DNA of 64,000 nucleotides from Acanthaster planci (Eukaryota), in contig NW_019091359.1 of assembly GCF_001949145.1 (NCBI RefSeq), positions 2,394,861 to 2,458,860 on the forward strand, read 5' to 3'. Positions 24,601 through 35,850 of this stretch are shown piece after piece. The notes below the pieces were generated by a model. The model was given only the letters and a program-made list of their open reading frames with translations, was not told the DNA's origin and searched no databases. Within the stretch, counting starts at the first letter, position 1. Each line of letters starts with the position of its first letter. A program made the translations under genes and the position numbers.

Positions 24601-26894
24601 NNNNNNNNNNNNNNNNNNNNNNNNNNNNNNNNNNNNNNNNNNNNNNNNNNNNNNNNNNNNNNNNNNNNNNNNNNNNNNNNNNNNNNNNNNNNNNNNNNNN
24701 NNNNNNNNNNNNNNNNNNNNNNNNNNNNNNNNNNNNNNNNNNNNNNNNNNNNNNNNNNNNNNNNNNNNNNNNNNNNNNNNNNNNNNNNNNNNNNNNNNNN
24801 NNNNNNNNNNNNNNNNNNNNNNNNNNNNNNNNNNNNNNNNNNNNNNNNNNNNNNNNNNNNNNNNNNNNNNNNNNNNNNNNNNNNNNNTTTGAGAGTGTTG
24901 TAGTTGCTATGTTGAATGTGGTAGTTGCTTGAGTGGTTTCCTTTACTGTACTGACAAAGGTTTCTGTTGTTTCACTTGGAAAGGTTGAAGCCACCGGAGC
25001 TGTAGGTTCAGTTGTTCCAGTTTGACTTTGTTGGGTTCCACCAAATGTTGCATTCTCTACGGTTGTTGCACTGTCCCCTATCAATATGGTGGTAGCCTGC
25101 AAGTCTGTGGTTTGCACGGATAAACTGGCCGCTGATCCTGATGATGTCGTCACGGTGTTTATGTTGGAGATCGTGGTTTGAGCTGATGGAGTGGCATTAG
25201 TTATGCTTGCCGATGACAGTGCGACCGAGGTCTGAATGGCTGTGGCTAGTTCCTCAGTTGTACTTTCCAAAGTTTTTGTCCTTGTAGCGGTGGTGATGCT
25301 CATAACTGAAGGTGTAATTTTAGTTGTGTTCTCTGTCGATGTGGTGGTTTCCATAAAGACTAACGTGGTATCCTGAACAATCGTGGTTTCCTCGGTTGTG
25401 ATGTCGACAGTTTCTGTTGTCTCAGAAGCCGATGTGGTCTCATATTTGGAAGTGGTGACATCATTTAGAGGGGTTTGAATTGGGATGGTTGCACCGGACG
25501 TCGTGAGACTTTCTGCCGATGAGGAAGCGGCTTGGCTGGTCAGAATAGTGGTTGCCGGGCCCGCTGTGAATGCCTGCGTTGTTTCACCTGATAGTGATGT
25601 CTGGGACATGGTTGCAACCACGGTCGATCGGCCTGTGCTTTTCATCCATGCTGAAGTAGTCTCGGCCAATGAAGAAGTCGCCTCTGCGGCACTGGTTGAT
25701 TTTGATGTTTGAGCCGTGTCTGTTGTCACTTCATCGGCGATTGTGGTCTCTTCCTTTTCCGTGGCAATATTTGTTGTGCTGGTCACGTCTGGAAACTGGT
25801 TTCCAGTCGTCAAGACGTCTGTGGTGGTTGAAACTGTTGTGAAGGTTGACTTCTCTAATACGGCTTTTTGAAAATTTTAAATTGAAATGAAATGAAAGGT
25901 TATTCCTGTTAGTCTAGTAGCAGACAAAGAAATCTCAAATAAGTTGTGATTTGATGTAGAAACTATTGTGGCTTGGTGTTCCCCCAAATACTCACCGACT
26001 ATATTAGTGCCAGAAATATCATCTATACATGAGTTCAAGAGTTCAATGTATTGAGGCCAATGCAGGTTCGGTATACGCTTGCTGTTCAACATATTTACAC
26101 GTACACAGTGGTTGAGAAATGTATTTATGTCAGACTTCTTCCATGTCTCCTTTTGTTTAACATTTAAGGTTATTTAGTTCCTGACTATTTGGCCGACTTT
26201 TAAGAGCTTGAGCTCCTGAGCGGTCTGAATGGAACTCAAAGCAGCCAGACACACACAAACAGAATGTTAAAGATCAAAGGTAGGAGAGCTAAAGTCACAA
26301 ATCTTTTTGGAAAACTCCTAGAGAACCAGCATATGTGACAAATTTTAGGTTACCCTTTAGGCATGAATAAAATCAAATTACTTGACCATAATGGTCATAA
26401 AAATGAAACAAAATATTTGAGAGAGATTATGGAAACATTGATAAAGATTTCCTCTTTTGAAAAACATTACATTCTGCAAGTGATTATTGTTTTTAGATAA
26501 AAATGAAACTTTTCTCTTCAGTCGTAGAGACTTCAGTGATGGTTGAGACATCCACCGGGAATTAATGCTAATATTGGAAAAAGTATCTGTGTATGATTTC
26601 GAAAACTACATTTATTTAGGCCAGCACAGAATCGGTAGACTTGCATGTCAGCTGTTATGTCCACAATTATTCAAGAGAATGTATTTCCTGTCAAACTCCT
26701 CCAAATACCACACACGATTTTGCCAGGAATCTGTCAAAGTCCCCATTACAGGTGAATTTTCTTCTTCAATTAACTCAGGAAACGTGGTACTTACTTTGAC
26801 AGAAGACCAGGCTGCTCAAGATAGGCATAAGAAGCCCAGTTAGAAGTAACTTTCTAGCGAACATTCTTGTTTTCAGCGCTAGGGTACAGTACAT
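15692..26894 (-). CDS. Adhesion GPCR (ADGRG-like architecture): signal peptide, Ser/Thr mucin stalk, HRM, GAIN/GPS, 7TM, acidic C-tail
   Basis: Exons 26795-26894 (MYCTLALKTRMFARKLLLTGLLMPILSSLVFCQ), 25854 into gap 23981-24887 (mucin), 22684-22794, 22108-22226, 21564-21710, 21083-21446, 19609-19820, 19158-19328 (CVFWDF...WSTAGC...CHCNHATSFAVLV), 18784-18893 (TM1), 17221-17483 (HYFALTSVFWMGVEA), 16613-16679, 15692-16415 (LLGLTWIFG, FNSLQGLFIF). All visible junctions are GT-AG and phase-consistent; the 3' end of the mucin exon lies in the gap. Confidence 0.92.
16885..17202. mobile_element. Possible degenerate MITE in adhesion GPCR intron
   Basis: Imperfect inverted ends tgggacccttgagat / atcccagggacccca, with a possible imperfect 9-bp TSD (aacccgcct / aacccgtat). 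Confidence 0.35.
20118..20453. mobile_element. MITE with imperfect ~40-bp TIRs
   Basis: Left end ttcgtgtgcctgaaagaagggcgtaagc resembles the reverse complement of the right end, ttcgtgtgccctgcaaaaacgacgtaagc. Confidence 0.6.
20740..20835 (-). mobile_element. Truncated tRNA-derived SINE
   Basis: cacaagcttactcgggtgggactcgatcccacgacctcctgctt matches the fuller copy at 49140-49280. Confidence 0.6.
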
Positions 26895-28587
26895 CTAGTT
26901 CCTGTCTCGTACTCCAATCATGTGTCAGCCGGTGTCCAGTAAAAAGAACCAAGAGTTCCTCGTTACCATGAACTTTACCATGGTATGTAGAGACAGCACT
27001 GCTGTTTCGTTACAGGGGTTCAGTTTGTTTCTCTGTATAATTTGGTATCATTTCACCACGTGACCGGAGTAATCTTTATTTTCACCTTTGAACTTTGACA
27101 ATGACTGCGTGGGAAGAGCGTGTTCAGCGCAGAACTGGTTTCAGAGAGATCTTAATAATTCATTAATAATTAATAATTCATTTAATGTATATTATGCTCA
27201 TGCTCACGACTGCATTACAATAATAGAAATCGTATACATTTAAATGACAGAAAAATCTCCATAAAACTGCGTTAAAACCCAAATTAAAACTCTAAACTAC
27301 GTTACAACAATTCCGAATTGAAAAAAATCTTCATGTAAAGTGGTGGTATATGTCTTTCCCCTGATGAGTGTAACATTCAAACAAAACTTCCATCCTCACT
27401 CCTAACCGCAATCATATGACCAGAGTGAAACCAGAAAATATTTTGAATCAATGCAGTGATTTAGAGAAGGAGGTTGAGCCAAGTACAAAATAACCCGGAT
27501 GCAATAAACTGGGACAGGTTCATTTAATTTTAACCTATAATGTTGTCATCACACAAAAGATATTCGTTTGCGAATAAATTGTCACATTAGCCAATTCCAA
27601 TGTCAAGTCATTACCGGCACATGTCCTTTTCTTGTTTAGTCAATATAGAACAATTTGTTGCATTTTACCAAGACATTGACCGTCTGTGTGATTGCGCTTT
27701 CTAAAGTTGAGATTGGGGCTCAAAGGCAAGCCCTGTGACTCAGATGTAGTTAGACCATCTTGCCTCGGGGCCTGAAGATCTCAGAATAAAAAAAAATTAC
27801 TCACGCCGCATGGATTACACTAACAGGAGCATTATATTTCACATTCGCCAATAATGTGCACTCATATCTACAGGATGGAGTTTATTGAGGGGAAGTGTTC
27901 GCTTTGATACCAAGTTTTCAAAACTGCGTTTAAATTAAGGAAAACAAAGAACCTTTATACAAACGATAAATGTGTTCCGTTGAATCAATGGAGTCGGCTG
28001 TAGTGTAAACCTTGCTGCTTGCGTGTGCTTTTATTTCAAATGGTTTGTTTATTCAAACTGAGTGGGTTATACTGTCGAATGTGTACTGAGGCGCGCTATC
28101 GTTTGTGCTAATTACGCATGTTAGAAATAATTTACAAAATAAGGTCGCAAATAATGTGCAGAATTAACCTTGTTTAGTTTCGATTGCTTGGTTGACTAAC
28201 AGGTTTCCTGGTTTTGACCTATACAATGTCGAAATCGATATAATATAGAAAAATGATGCAAAAGTCCATCTAGTGATACTAATATTCTGTGTAGAGTTTA
28301 CGTGACAAGGAAGTGGGCCATGAAAAATGTCTTTCATCTCATCATTACAAATGAAATGGTACCACTCGAACTATTAAGAAATTAACAGGCAAGCAGTCTG
28401 AAAAACAAGGAAATATCGGATGAAATAATGATCGTGAAAACTTTTCTATACGGGCACAAATAAAACCTTAGCAGAAGGGGCAACAGCGGACCACCGATAC
28501 ATGCGTTTTCTTTATGTAGTATTTCCACTAGATTTAAATATTCGGAATATGTTCACACATATTTTCCTATGTACATGCATTCATTTA

Positions 28588-28941
28588 CAGTCATTTGCAA
28601 AAGTTTAAGACCACCTGTAAGTTTGTTGTTATTTCTGTCACTGGGTCTGAATTATATTGTTTCATTTAATGATTACATAAGATTTTTTTACAGTGGTGCA
28701 TAACATCAGTGTAATGCTATATACCCACTTGAATTAATTTTTTGCAATGGCAGGTCTTCTAAATATTAGACTGTTAATATTTCAAATCATGGAAATGTAG
28801 TCAAATAACTGTTCAACCAAGGCACTAATATTAGACATTGAAATTAAACTTAAGTAGCCATGATTGATTGGTTTAAGTTTGCTTTTTTCCATCAGATTTA
28901 TGCATTTTGTATGGGTGGTCCTAAAGTTTTGTAAATGACTG
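28588..28941. mobile_element. Tc1/mariner-type MITE (354 bp)
   Basis: 28-bp TIR cagtcatttgcaaaagtttaagaccacc (3 mismatches between ends), flanked by TA on both sides. Confidence 0.85.
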
Positions 28942-30361
28942 TACTTATTCGCGTACATTTACTACTTATGAAAATTCCTTAGAGTTACAGTATTATGTAA
29001 TATTGGAAATCGCGACAGTGTTAAGGCCATGTACAGTTTAAAACATCATGTAATAGTTACTCTTCCTTAATTTAAATTTGACAGTGGACAAATTATAGAC
29101 ACTGATGACGTCACACTTTTTCTTCGCTTATTTTTACCCCTCCTTGGAGCTTTTAATCCGTTGTTTCCATTTGGCTCTCAATAAGAAAGCACACAGGAGA
29201 ACAGGTATGACGTCATCACCGCACAGGCCCTCAGGAAAAGCCTATATTTCTCAGAATTCCTCTAAATGCGCGACTGCTGTTGAAAAGAACGGGTGAGTGG
29301 TGACTCGGAACTATATCATCTTTTGCATTTTTCTAAGTAAACGTAATATACCTTATTCACGGGGAAGCGATTTTAAAAATCTTATTCCCTGTATCTATCA
29401 TATTCAGTGTAATCTTTAATTGAAGTGGTGGATTGCTATGTTGGGCTTCCAACTTTTTAAAAAATGAAAGCCTCGCTCTCGTTGCTTGAAATGGGGTTTA
29501 TATACCATTTAAGGTAAATTTTATCACTCATTTTAAATCATTCAAAACAGAAACCCTGGCATGAATTTGTTTTGTACTTTTATTTTGTGGCTGTTACACC
29601 TCACTTTCAAATTCAAGATGGCTGACACATGAATGCATTCTTTTCGGATCCACCACATTTGTGGAACCATACCCCTTCAAAGGCGGGAGTATCGGACATT
29701 GTTTCCCAGTGTGGACAAATGAGGGCGCCTTCTCACGGTATCCCACGAAATGACGTGGGGGGGCACGACGCAGCAGGAGTACGTGCTCCCTACGTACGCA
29801 CCCACTTGTTTCAGTTTCTCACAGCCTACGCACGTGCCATAGTTTAGTTGCTGTCAGTTGTCCTTGAAACAAAGTGTGCACCCTGTATCTCCCTTTCCCC
29901 ACAAGTTCTGTCTGAGCTACGTCACTGTCCAGTGTTGGAACACCTGCACCTCATTCGTTTAACAGAAGAACTATTTTGAATTGTTTACCGTGAGTTAGTC
30001 ATTCGAATGCTGCTTGACAGTACGACTCAATTATAATGAATACTCAAATATGTTTAAAGTACATTTGATTTTAAATCTATTCAAACTTTTCACAGAGGCT
30101 GAATTTTGCTGCATATGTATCGTTCACGTGTAATTGTCTAGCAATATGAATAATGATAATAAAATGAATACTTTCAATGATATCGGGATATGTCAGGAAA
30201 TTAATATTTAAGAATCATATTTTAAATGTGAGCCCTAAAATGTTGTCCTGAAAGGTGTTTAATATTGTGGAGTTGTGCGAAAGTACCTCTTAAAAAGTCA
30301 ATAAGAATATGAGAGATATTAATGAGTCCGGAGTACAGACGTGATTAAAAAAACTTAAATA

Positions 30362-31750
30362 TTATTGTTTCTTTATGTATATGTAATTGGACAGAGGGAA
30401 ATGTTCTAATTGATTTGACATCATTGGATGTGTCCTTCTAAAGTCTAGCGTCTCTTCCAGACACTGCATCGTCACAGGGTCGAAATCGTAATGAAACTTG
30501 TTTGCAAAGAGATTGGGGACCCGTATGAGGTACTGGAGGTAGTCTACACCAAATATGCACACGACTCGGACGTCCTTCCCAAAACGGCACTTTGGGGTGT
30601 TACGGTGGCTCGTCCATTTTACGAACCGAAACCTGTAGCCAGAGTTGGCGATGTTGTCGGGAAATCCACCGGGAACGCCCGGCAGCCTTTGCAGGGTCGC
30701 CCAATAGACTTCATCGGGGCTGTAGGTGTCGCGTGTCCACTCCAGCAGATCAATGGCTCGCTGGTCGGTCAGCACAAACTCGATGAACCGTCGCGTTGCC
30801 GCAAAGTAGGCGTTACCGTTGTGCAGCTTCACGCCGTGGGGAGGGGGGCGCTTGCGAATTCGAGTGAGCTCAACCTTACCATTTCTAACAGCGTGGTGAA
30901 AAAACGTCCAGTATTTTTTATATGCTGTCTGGGGATAGCTTACGATATCATTGGTGCCGTTATAAAATCGCAATTGGCGCACAATTTCGAGATTTGTTTT
31001 AAGAGGGAAATCTTGACCACACAAGTTAATCAGGTACCTCCAAGCGCGAACCTGAGTCCGAGAGCCCGTTAAATCTTGCATACAGTTGATATCGGCGAGG
31101 AGTCGCGTGAACCCAGCGTACTGAACATCCTCGAGCTTTGACGCGATAAAAACGTTATCAAAGCAATGGGCGAGGCCGCGAATCGCACCCTGAAAATCTT
31201 CCGATGATCCGGCGTCCGGATGAATGCAGTAGACGTTCTGTGGTTGGTAAATTTCCCGCAGCAACCTCTCGACTTGAGCCGAGGTGATGTGAGTGATGAT
31301 CGTGTATGCAAGAGGAAAGCTGGCCTCCTCCTCTGACGAGGGACGTAACGGGTATCCCCTTTCCCTTCGGAATGTATCACAGTCACGCGTCCAGTTCCGT
31401 ACTTCTGCGTCTGTCGGGACAGGGAGAGACCCGTTATTCTGTTCCCTCTCCCCGGCGATGAACCTCGCTGTTTCTTCGATCTCAGCATCGTCGCCGGCAA
31501 ATAGAGCGGAGCAGTTGACATCCCAGTGCCGGTGATACATGACACGTGAATGGCTCATCTCTGCTACTTGGCTCTCTCCGTTCGATGTAGACATTTCTCT
31601 GTGCCTAGCCGTCCATCGCCATACGTCACTCGTGGTCTGGCCCTGCAAGATCTGTAGCATGACGACCGTGACGCAGGAAGCAACCAGGACACCAAACAAG
31701 ATAATCCTCGATCTAAAACGCTTACATATCAAGCGGTTTGGGAAATCCAT
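30362..31750 (-). CDS. Beta-1,6-N-acetylglucosaminyltransferase, core-2/I-branching enzyme family (GT14; GCNT-like), single coding exon
   Basis: Type II TM near the N-terminus. Motifs FPLAYTI, IYQPQNVYCIHPD, RLLADINCM, WRYLINLCGQDFPLKTNLEIV, TYSPDEVYWATL, RFVKW, LFANKF. First ATG at 31750 (462 aa). An in-frame acceptor AG at 31794-31793 allows an upstream exon. Confidence 0.93.
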   Translation of the reverse strand: MDFPNRLICKRFRSRIILFGVLVASCVTVVMLQILQGQTTSDVWRWTARHREMSTSNGESQVAEMSHSRVMYHRHWDVNCSALFAGDDAEIEETARFIAGEREQNNGSLPVPTDAEVRNWTRDCDTFRRERGYPLRPSSEEEASFPLAYTIITHITSAQVERLLREIYQPQNVYCIHPDAGSSEDFQGAIRGLAHCFDNVFIASKLEDVQYAGFTRLLADINCMQDLTGSRTQVRAWRYLINLCGQDFPLKTNLEIVRQLRFYNGTNDIVSYPQTAYKKYWTFFHHAVRNGKVELTRIRKRPPPHGVKLHNGNAYFAATRRFIEFVLTDQRAIDLLEWTRDTYSPDEVYWATLQRLPGVPGGFPDNIANSGYRFRFVKWTSHRNTPKCRFGKDVRVVCIFGVDYLQYLIRVPNLFANKFHYDFDPVTMQCLEETLDFRRTHPMMSNQLEHFPLSNYIYIKKQ

Positions 31751-34405
31751 GATGTGTGGCACGGAAACGACCCTTCTCTGTCGCGTTAGAATCTGTAGCT
31801 ATCTTGTTTTAAAAGGCTATGTCACTGGCTTCGATTTGCTTTCATTCTGTGTATTACGATTTACACAAGGTATTTTCGTTGCAAAAACAATCATTTGTGA
31901 AATGCAAAGTCAAACACAGTATCAGCACACGTCACATCTGTTGCAGTTAGTGACAAATCAAACAGTTCCGTAAAACTGGCGTTTTTAACGTACTTTTTAA
32001 ATAGCAAAGTCTGTGGCACAAATTTTGTTTTTAATTAATACCTAAAACTAGCCGGGGACAAAAATTGATTGAGCCTAACTATTGCCATCACAATCATGAT
32101 ACCCCGCTATGAAATGCGGTAAGTTTGTCAGTTGGAATATGGGTCAGACAATACGACCATGGTATGTTTTTTTCTCCAAGGAGAGAAAAAAGAGCATATA
32201 ACAAGTTGCGATAGGGTCAGATCAAAGCGGTAGAGAGTTGTGATAATTTCACAACAGAAGCCATTTTGGTTTTTAACTTTCCAACATGAATCTTTCATGT
32301 CATCTTTGTCATCTTCCAACCTACTAACAACAACCCACCATCCTGGGAATGTTTTAAATTAAACACCGATCTCCTATATCACAACTCTTTCTAATAAGCA
32401 ATGCTGCTTTGGGCTTCAAGTTTCTGGACTCCAAACAAAAAAAACCTATACAACGCGACACAAACGCAGAACCAACAATGTGGTGTACACATTGCATTTC
32501 GAACGGGCTTTTTTAAATATTTTATTATATTATTTATTTTATTATATTATTTTATTTTATTATATTATATTATTATATTAAGATTTTTAATAACATTCGG
32601 CACAGGCTGCCGTGCCATGCAGAGTCGTACCGAACAAAGTAGAATTGAGAGCGACCTGAGTAGATCCAAATAATATGAAGAGCGACTTGAACTGAACTGA
32701 TTCAAATAGATTTTGTTTTGTAGACAGACGTACATAATTGCAGCAGCGTGAAGAGCAAAATCAACACGCACAACTCATTCCTTGCATCGTCATTTCTCCA
32801 CACAGTGTTGTTGAACATGATGGATATGAAGGCCGGCTATCAAGTACTGGGCCACAGCGAACCAGCAGGTGAAATTTGGATCAATTTTGTAAACATATTT
32901 ACTGACAATTATAAACGTGAAAGTTGGTCAACAAAACTAGGGCAGTTTTAATTAAGAAAACTATACTTCCTTCATGGATACTTTTTGCAATCATAATTTA
33001 TACACAAGAAATAGATTTGAACAATAGCGAGTTAGACCAAGCCATACTGATGAAACAATACATATGTAGGCCTAGCATTGACATTTGAATTGGACGGAAA
33101 TCATTTCAAAGACAACACTTTCCATAAGAGGTTCTCTCCCTTTAAACAAACACGAAAATGAAAATACAGAAATGATTAACCATTGATTTATCGGAGCTAT
33201 AATTTGGACAAACGATCGTTATGATGATGAAAGAATTTGATGACGAGAAGCAATTCGATATTAAATTGAGCCTTGTCCATGCGCAGTGAAATAACACGAT
33301 GGAGGTAACTACACTTTCAGTTATAAGTGAAGGGATAAGATCAACCGTATTAATAATTATACGAGTAGAACCTTTCTTTGCAAATGCTCCTGAATTTTGT
33401 CATGGTAACGTCAAACTTCACGTTCAGTTGTTTGTATTCCACCAGAAGGTACAGAACGAAAACCTATTTCTCCATAGCAATGTTTTTTTCACATAAAAAA
33501 AATACAAATTCAAATACATATGTATATATAGTTTCACTAGAAAGTAATAATGCTCAATGCCGATTTCTAGATAGCTTGAATCTGGAGTTCTTATTAGTTT
33601 CCTTAGTAATATTGGCAATAAACTCAGTCTGTGAGTGGTGCCGTCGTCATCATAAAAGGGAATATATCGTTACATACTAAATTTCCTGCTTTTCATATAC
33701 GCTCCTGTCTTAGCTAAGCTCTATTGAAGAAATGTTTTTGCAGACCATGGGTTTTCAAATTCGAATGTTCTTTTCAAGTGAATATACAGGAATGAGCAAT
33801 GCGACGATCGAAAACCTAAATTAATCCCCTTCTGGCGCAAATGCAATGGTAACACACTCATCGGTCTTGGCGTTGATATCTCCCTGTAGGGCGGGCGCGT
33901 GGGCGCGTATGCTCCGGACATCTCAAATTCTGTGTCAACAAAAAAAGCTTCTCGCTACCCTGGTTACCGGAAAGCTGTTTCTTCGCTTAAAATTGTGTGG
34001 TGAATCAACCGCTCTTCAGTCTGCGAGCGATCTGTGACAACATTACGGCTATGTTGACAGTGTGCGAAAGGTTTCTTTGACAAATGCTCTCAATGAAAAA
34101 GTGAATAATGATTAATCTAGGAAGCCGAGCCAGACTTGTTTTCAACAAGAGGATATTACCCACGTGCGTTTCCCTGAACTGATCAATCACAAAATGAGTA
34201 TGGAAAATACACAATGTTGTTATAGTAACTACTGTCGACATCCCACTTTGCAATTGGTCGACGGTGATTTTTGTTATTACCTGGAGCAACTTCGAGTCTG
34301 CCGAGTGAGTCACACAATGTCATGTAGCTCATTTGAGAAACTTGTGTACATCGGTACATCCATCTTAATCCCTCTTCAGATCGAGCGGTTTATGACTTCA
34401 TGGAC

Positions 34406-34432
34406 GTCTGTCTGTCTGTCTGTCTGTCTGTC
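34406..34432. repeat. (GTCT)n microsatellite
   Basis: About 6.5 perfect units, roughly 130 bp upstream of the GPCR start. Confidence 0.9.
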
Positions 34433-34560
34433 AAACTCTTAAACATTTTGATGTGTTGGCCTTGTGGATGAAACGCATGCTGAATCAAGGCAGGTCGATG
34501 CCGTTAAGTCTGCCAAAAAATACATCGCTTCAGGCAATTACACTTTATTAAAACATTTCT

Positions 34561-35850
34561 ATGACTTGTAATCTGAGCAATGCCATGGAGAGCACTGCCT
34601 TTTCAAACTTCACCGACCAAGATGACGGTGTCCAGGCGGTTGAGGGTTCAGTTAGCACCGGCAGATTTGTCATCCGTCTTCTAGTCCGCACATTGAGCTT
34701 CTTATTTGGTGTTCCCGGAAACTGCCTCGTCCTCCGTGTCTACTGGGCCAAGACCCGTAAGACCAGCACCCATGTCCTGATCATGGCCTTGGCCTGCGCT
34801 GACCTCTCAGTGTGCCTTCTGGAGATCCACAACATCGTGCGGGACGTCTTATCCTTCTCTGGCGAGGAGGCTAACCTTGTCTTCGATCTTATCCTGCCTT
34901 TTCAGTACGCATTCATAGCAACTTCAGCAGTTATCACCGGAGTCATTGCAGCGGACCGCTACGACTGCGTCTGTCGGCCACAGCGGAGGTTTTTCAACCA
35001 TAGAAGGGCAAAGGTGGCTGCCCTGACAGCTTTTTTATTTTCAGTTGTCATCAGTGTCCCGAAATTTATGAATGCATTACCCCAATTACCTAGCTCGACT
35101 TTTTTTGAAATACTGCCGTATGCTGTTCAATTAGTGTCTTTCGTGACGCTTTGCATCACGATTGTGGTTTGCTACGGAAAGGTTTACGCGACCATTCGTA
35201 GACATGTTAGAGTGGGTGCCCTGCTCAGACCCACAACAGGCGAAGAGCTTTTTGTCGTGCGACCGATGCCAGTTGTTCAAGACATTTCTGCTGTCGACAA
35301 CATTTTTACTTCAGCTGTCGATCAGGCGCACTCCAGCTCCAATACACGCCGCACTGTTTCCATCAAGACCACTCTGAGATGTACAAGAGAAGTAAGGTCA
35401 CGCCACCTACAGCCAGATGTCCGCCAATCAGTAGGCCTATCTCGTGAGACGCGCACAGCTCAGCAAACGAGATGTAAACATTTCTCAGTGATGCAAGGTC
35501 CACCTCCCGTGGATGAGAGCAGAGATCGAGGCATGGAAGAACTTCAACAGGCGGGAAACGCCCCTAAAAGGCTCGGCGCTGCTGTACTTCAACGTAAGAC
35601 AACCAAGATGCTCTTTCTCACCAGTGTTGTTTTCTTAGCGCTGTGGTTGCCATATTGGATTTATGTTGCTGTAGAATTCGCCTTTTATGGAGGTGCACCT
35701 GTCGCAACCACAGTTCGAAAAGCTCTGCTTGACATTCAACTTGTGCTTTTCATGAACCACGCCATCAACCCAATTCTTTACGGAGCCGCCAATAGACGGT
35801 TCAGAAAGGACTGTAGGGGAGCCTTCCTTGGCAAAATGAAACTTTGCTAA
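34561..35850 (+). CDS. Intronless orphan rhodopsin-family (class A) GPCR, 429 aa
   Basis: Seven hydrophobic segments. Motifs GVPGN (TM1), LACADL (TM2), ADRY, LWLPY (TM6), NHAINPILY followed by helix-8 NRRFR. N-terminal N-glycosylation sequons and a long ICL3. Confidence 0.93.
   Translation: MTCNLSNAMESTAFSNFTDQDDGVQAVEGSVSTGRFVIRLLVRTLSFLFGVPGNCLVLRVYWAKTRKTSTHVLIMALACADLSVCLLEIHNIVRDVLSFSGEEANLVFDLILPFQYAFIATSAVITGVIAADRYDCVCRPQRRFFNHRRAKVAALTAFLFSVVISVPKFMNALPQLPSSTFFEILPYAVQLVSFVTLCITIVVCYGKVYATIRRHVRVGALLRPTTGEELFVVRPMPVVQDISAVDNIFTSAVDQAHSSSNTRRTVSIKTTLRCTREVRSRHLQPDVRQSVGLSRETRTAQQTRCKHFSVMQGPPPVDESRDRGMEELQQAGNAPKRLGAAVLQRKTTKMLFLTSVVFLALWLPYWIYVAVEFAFYGGAPVATTVRKALLDIQLVLFMNHAINPILYGAANRRFRKDCRGAFLGKMKLC

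Noticed and set aside
26510..26578. Extra functional coding exon of the adhesion GPCR
   Set aside because: The only nearby AG acceptor gives a stop in the required phase, and exon 1 already splices in phase to 25854.
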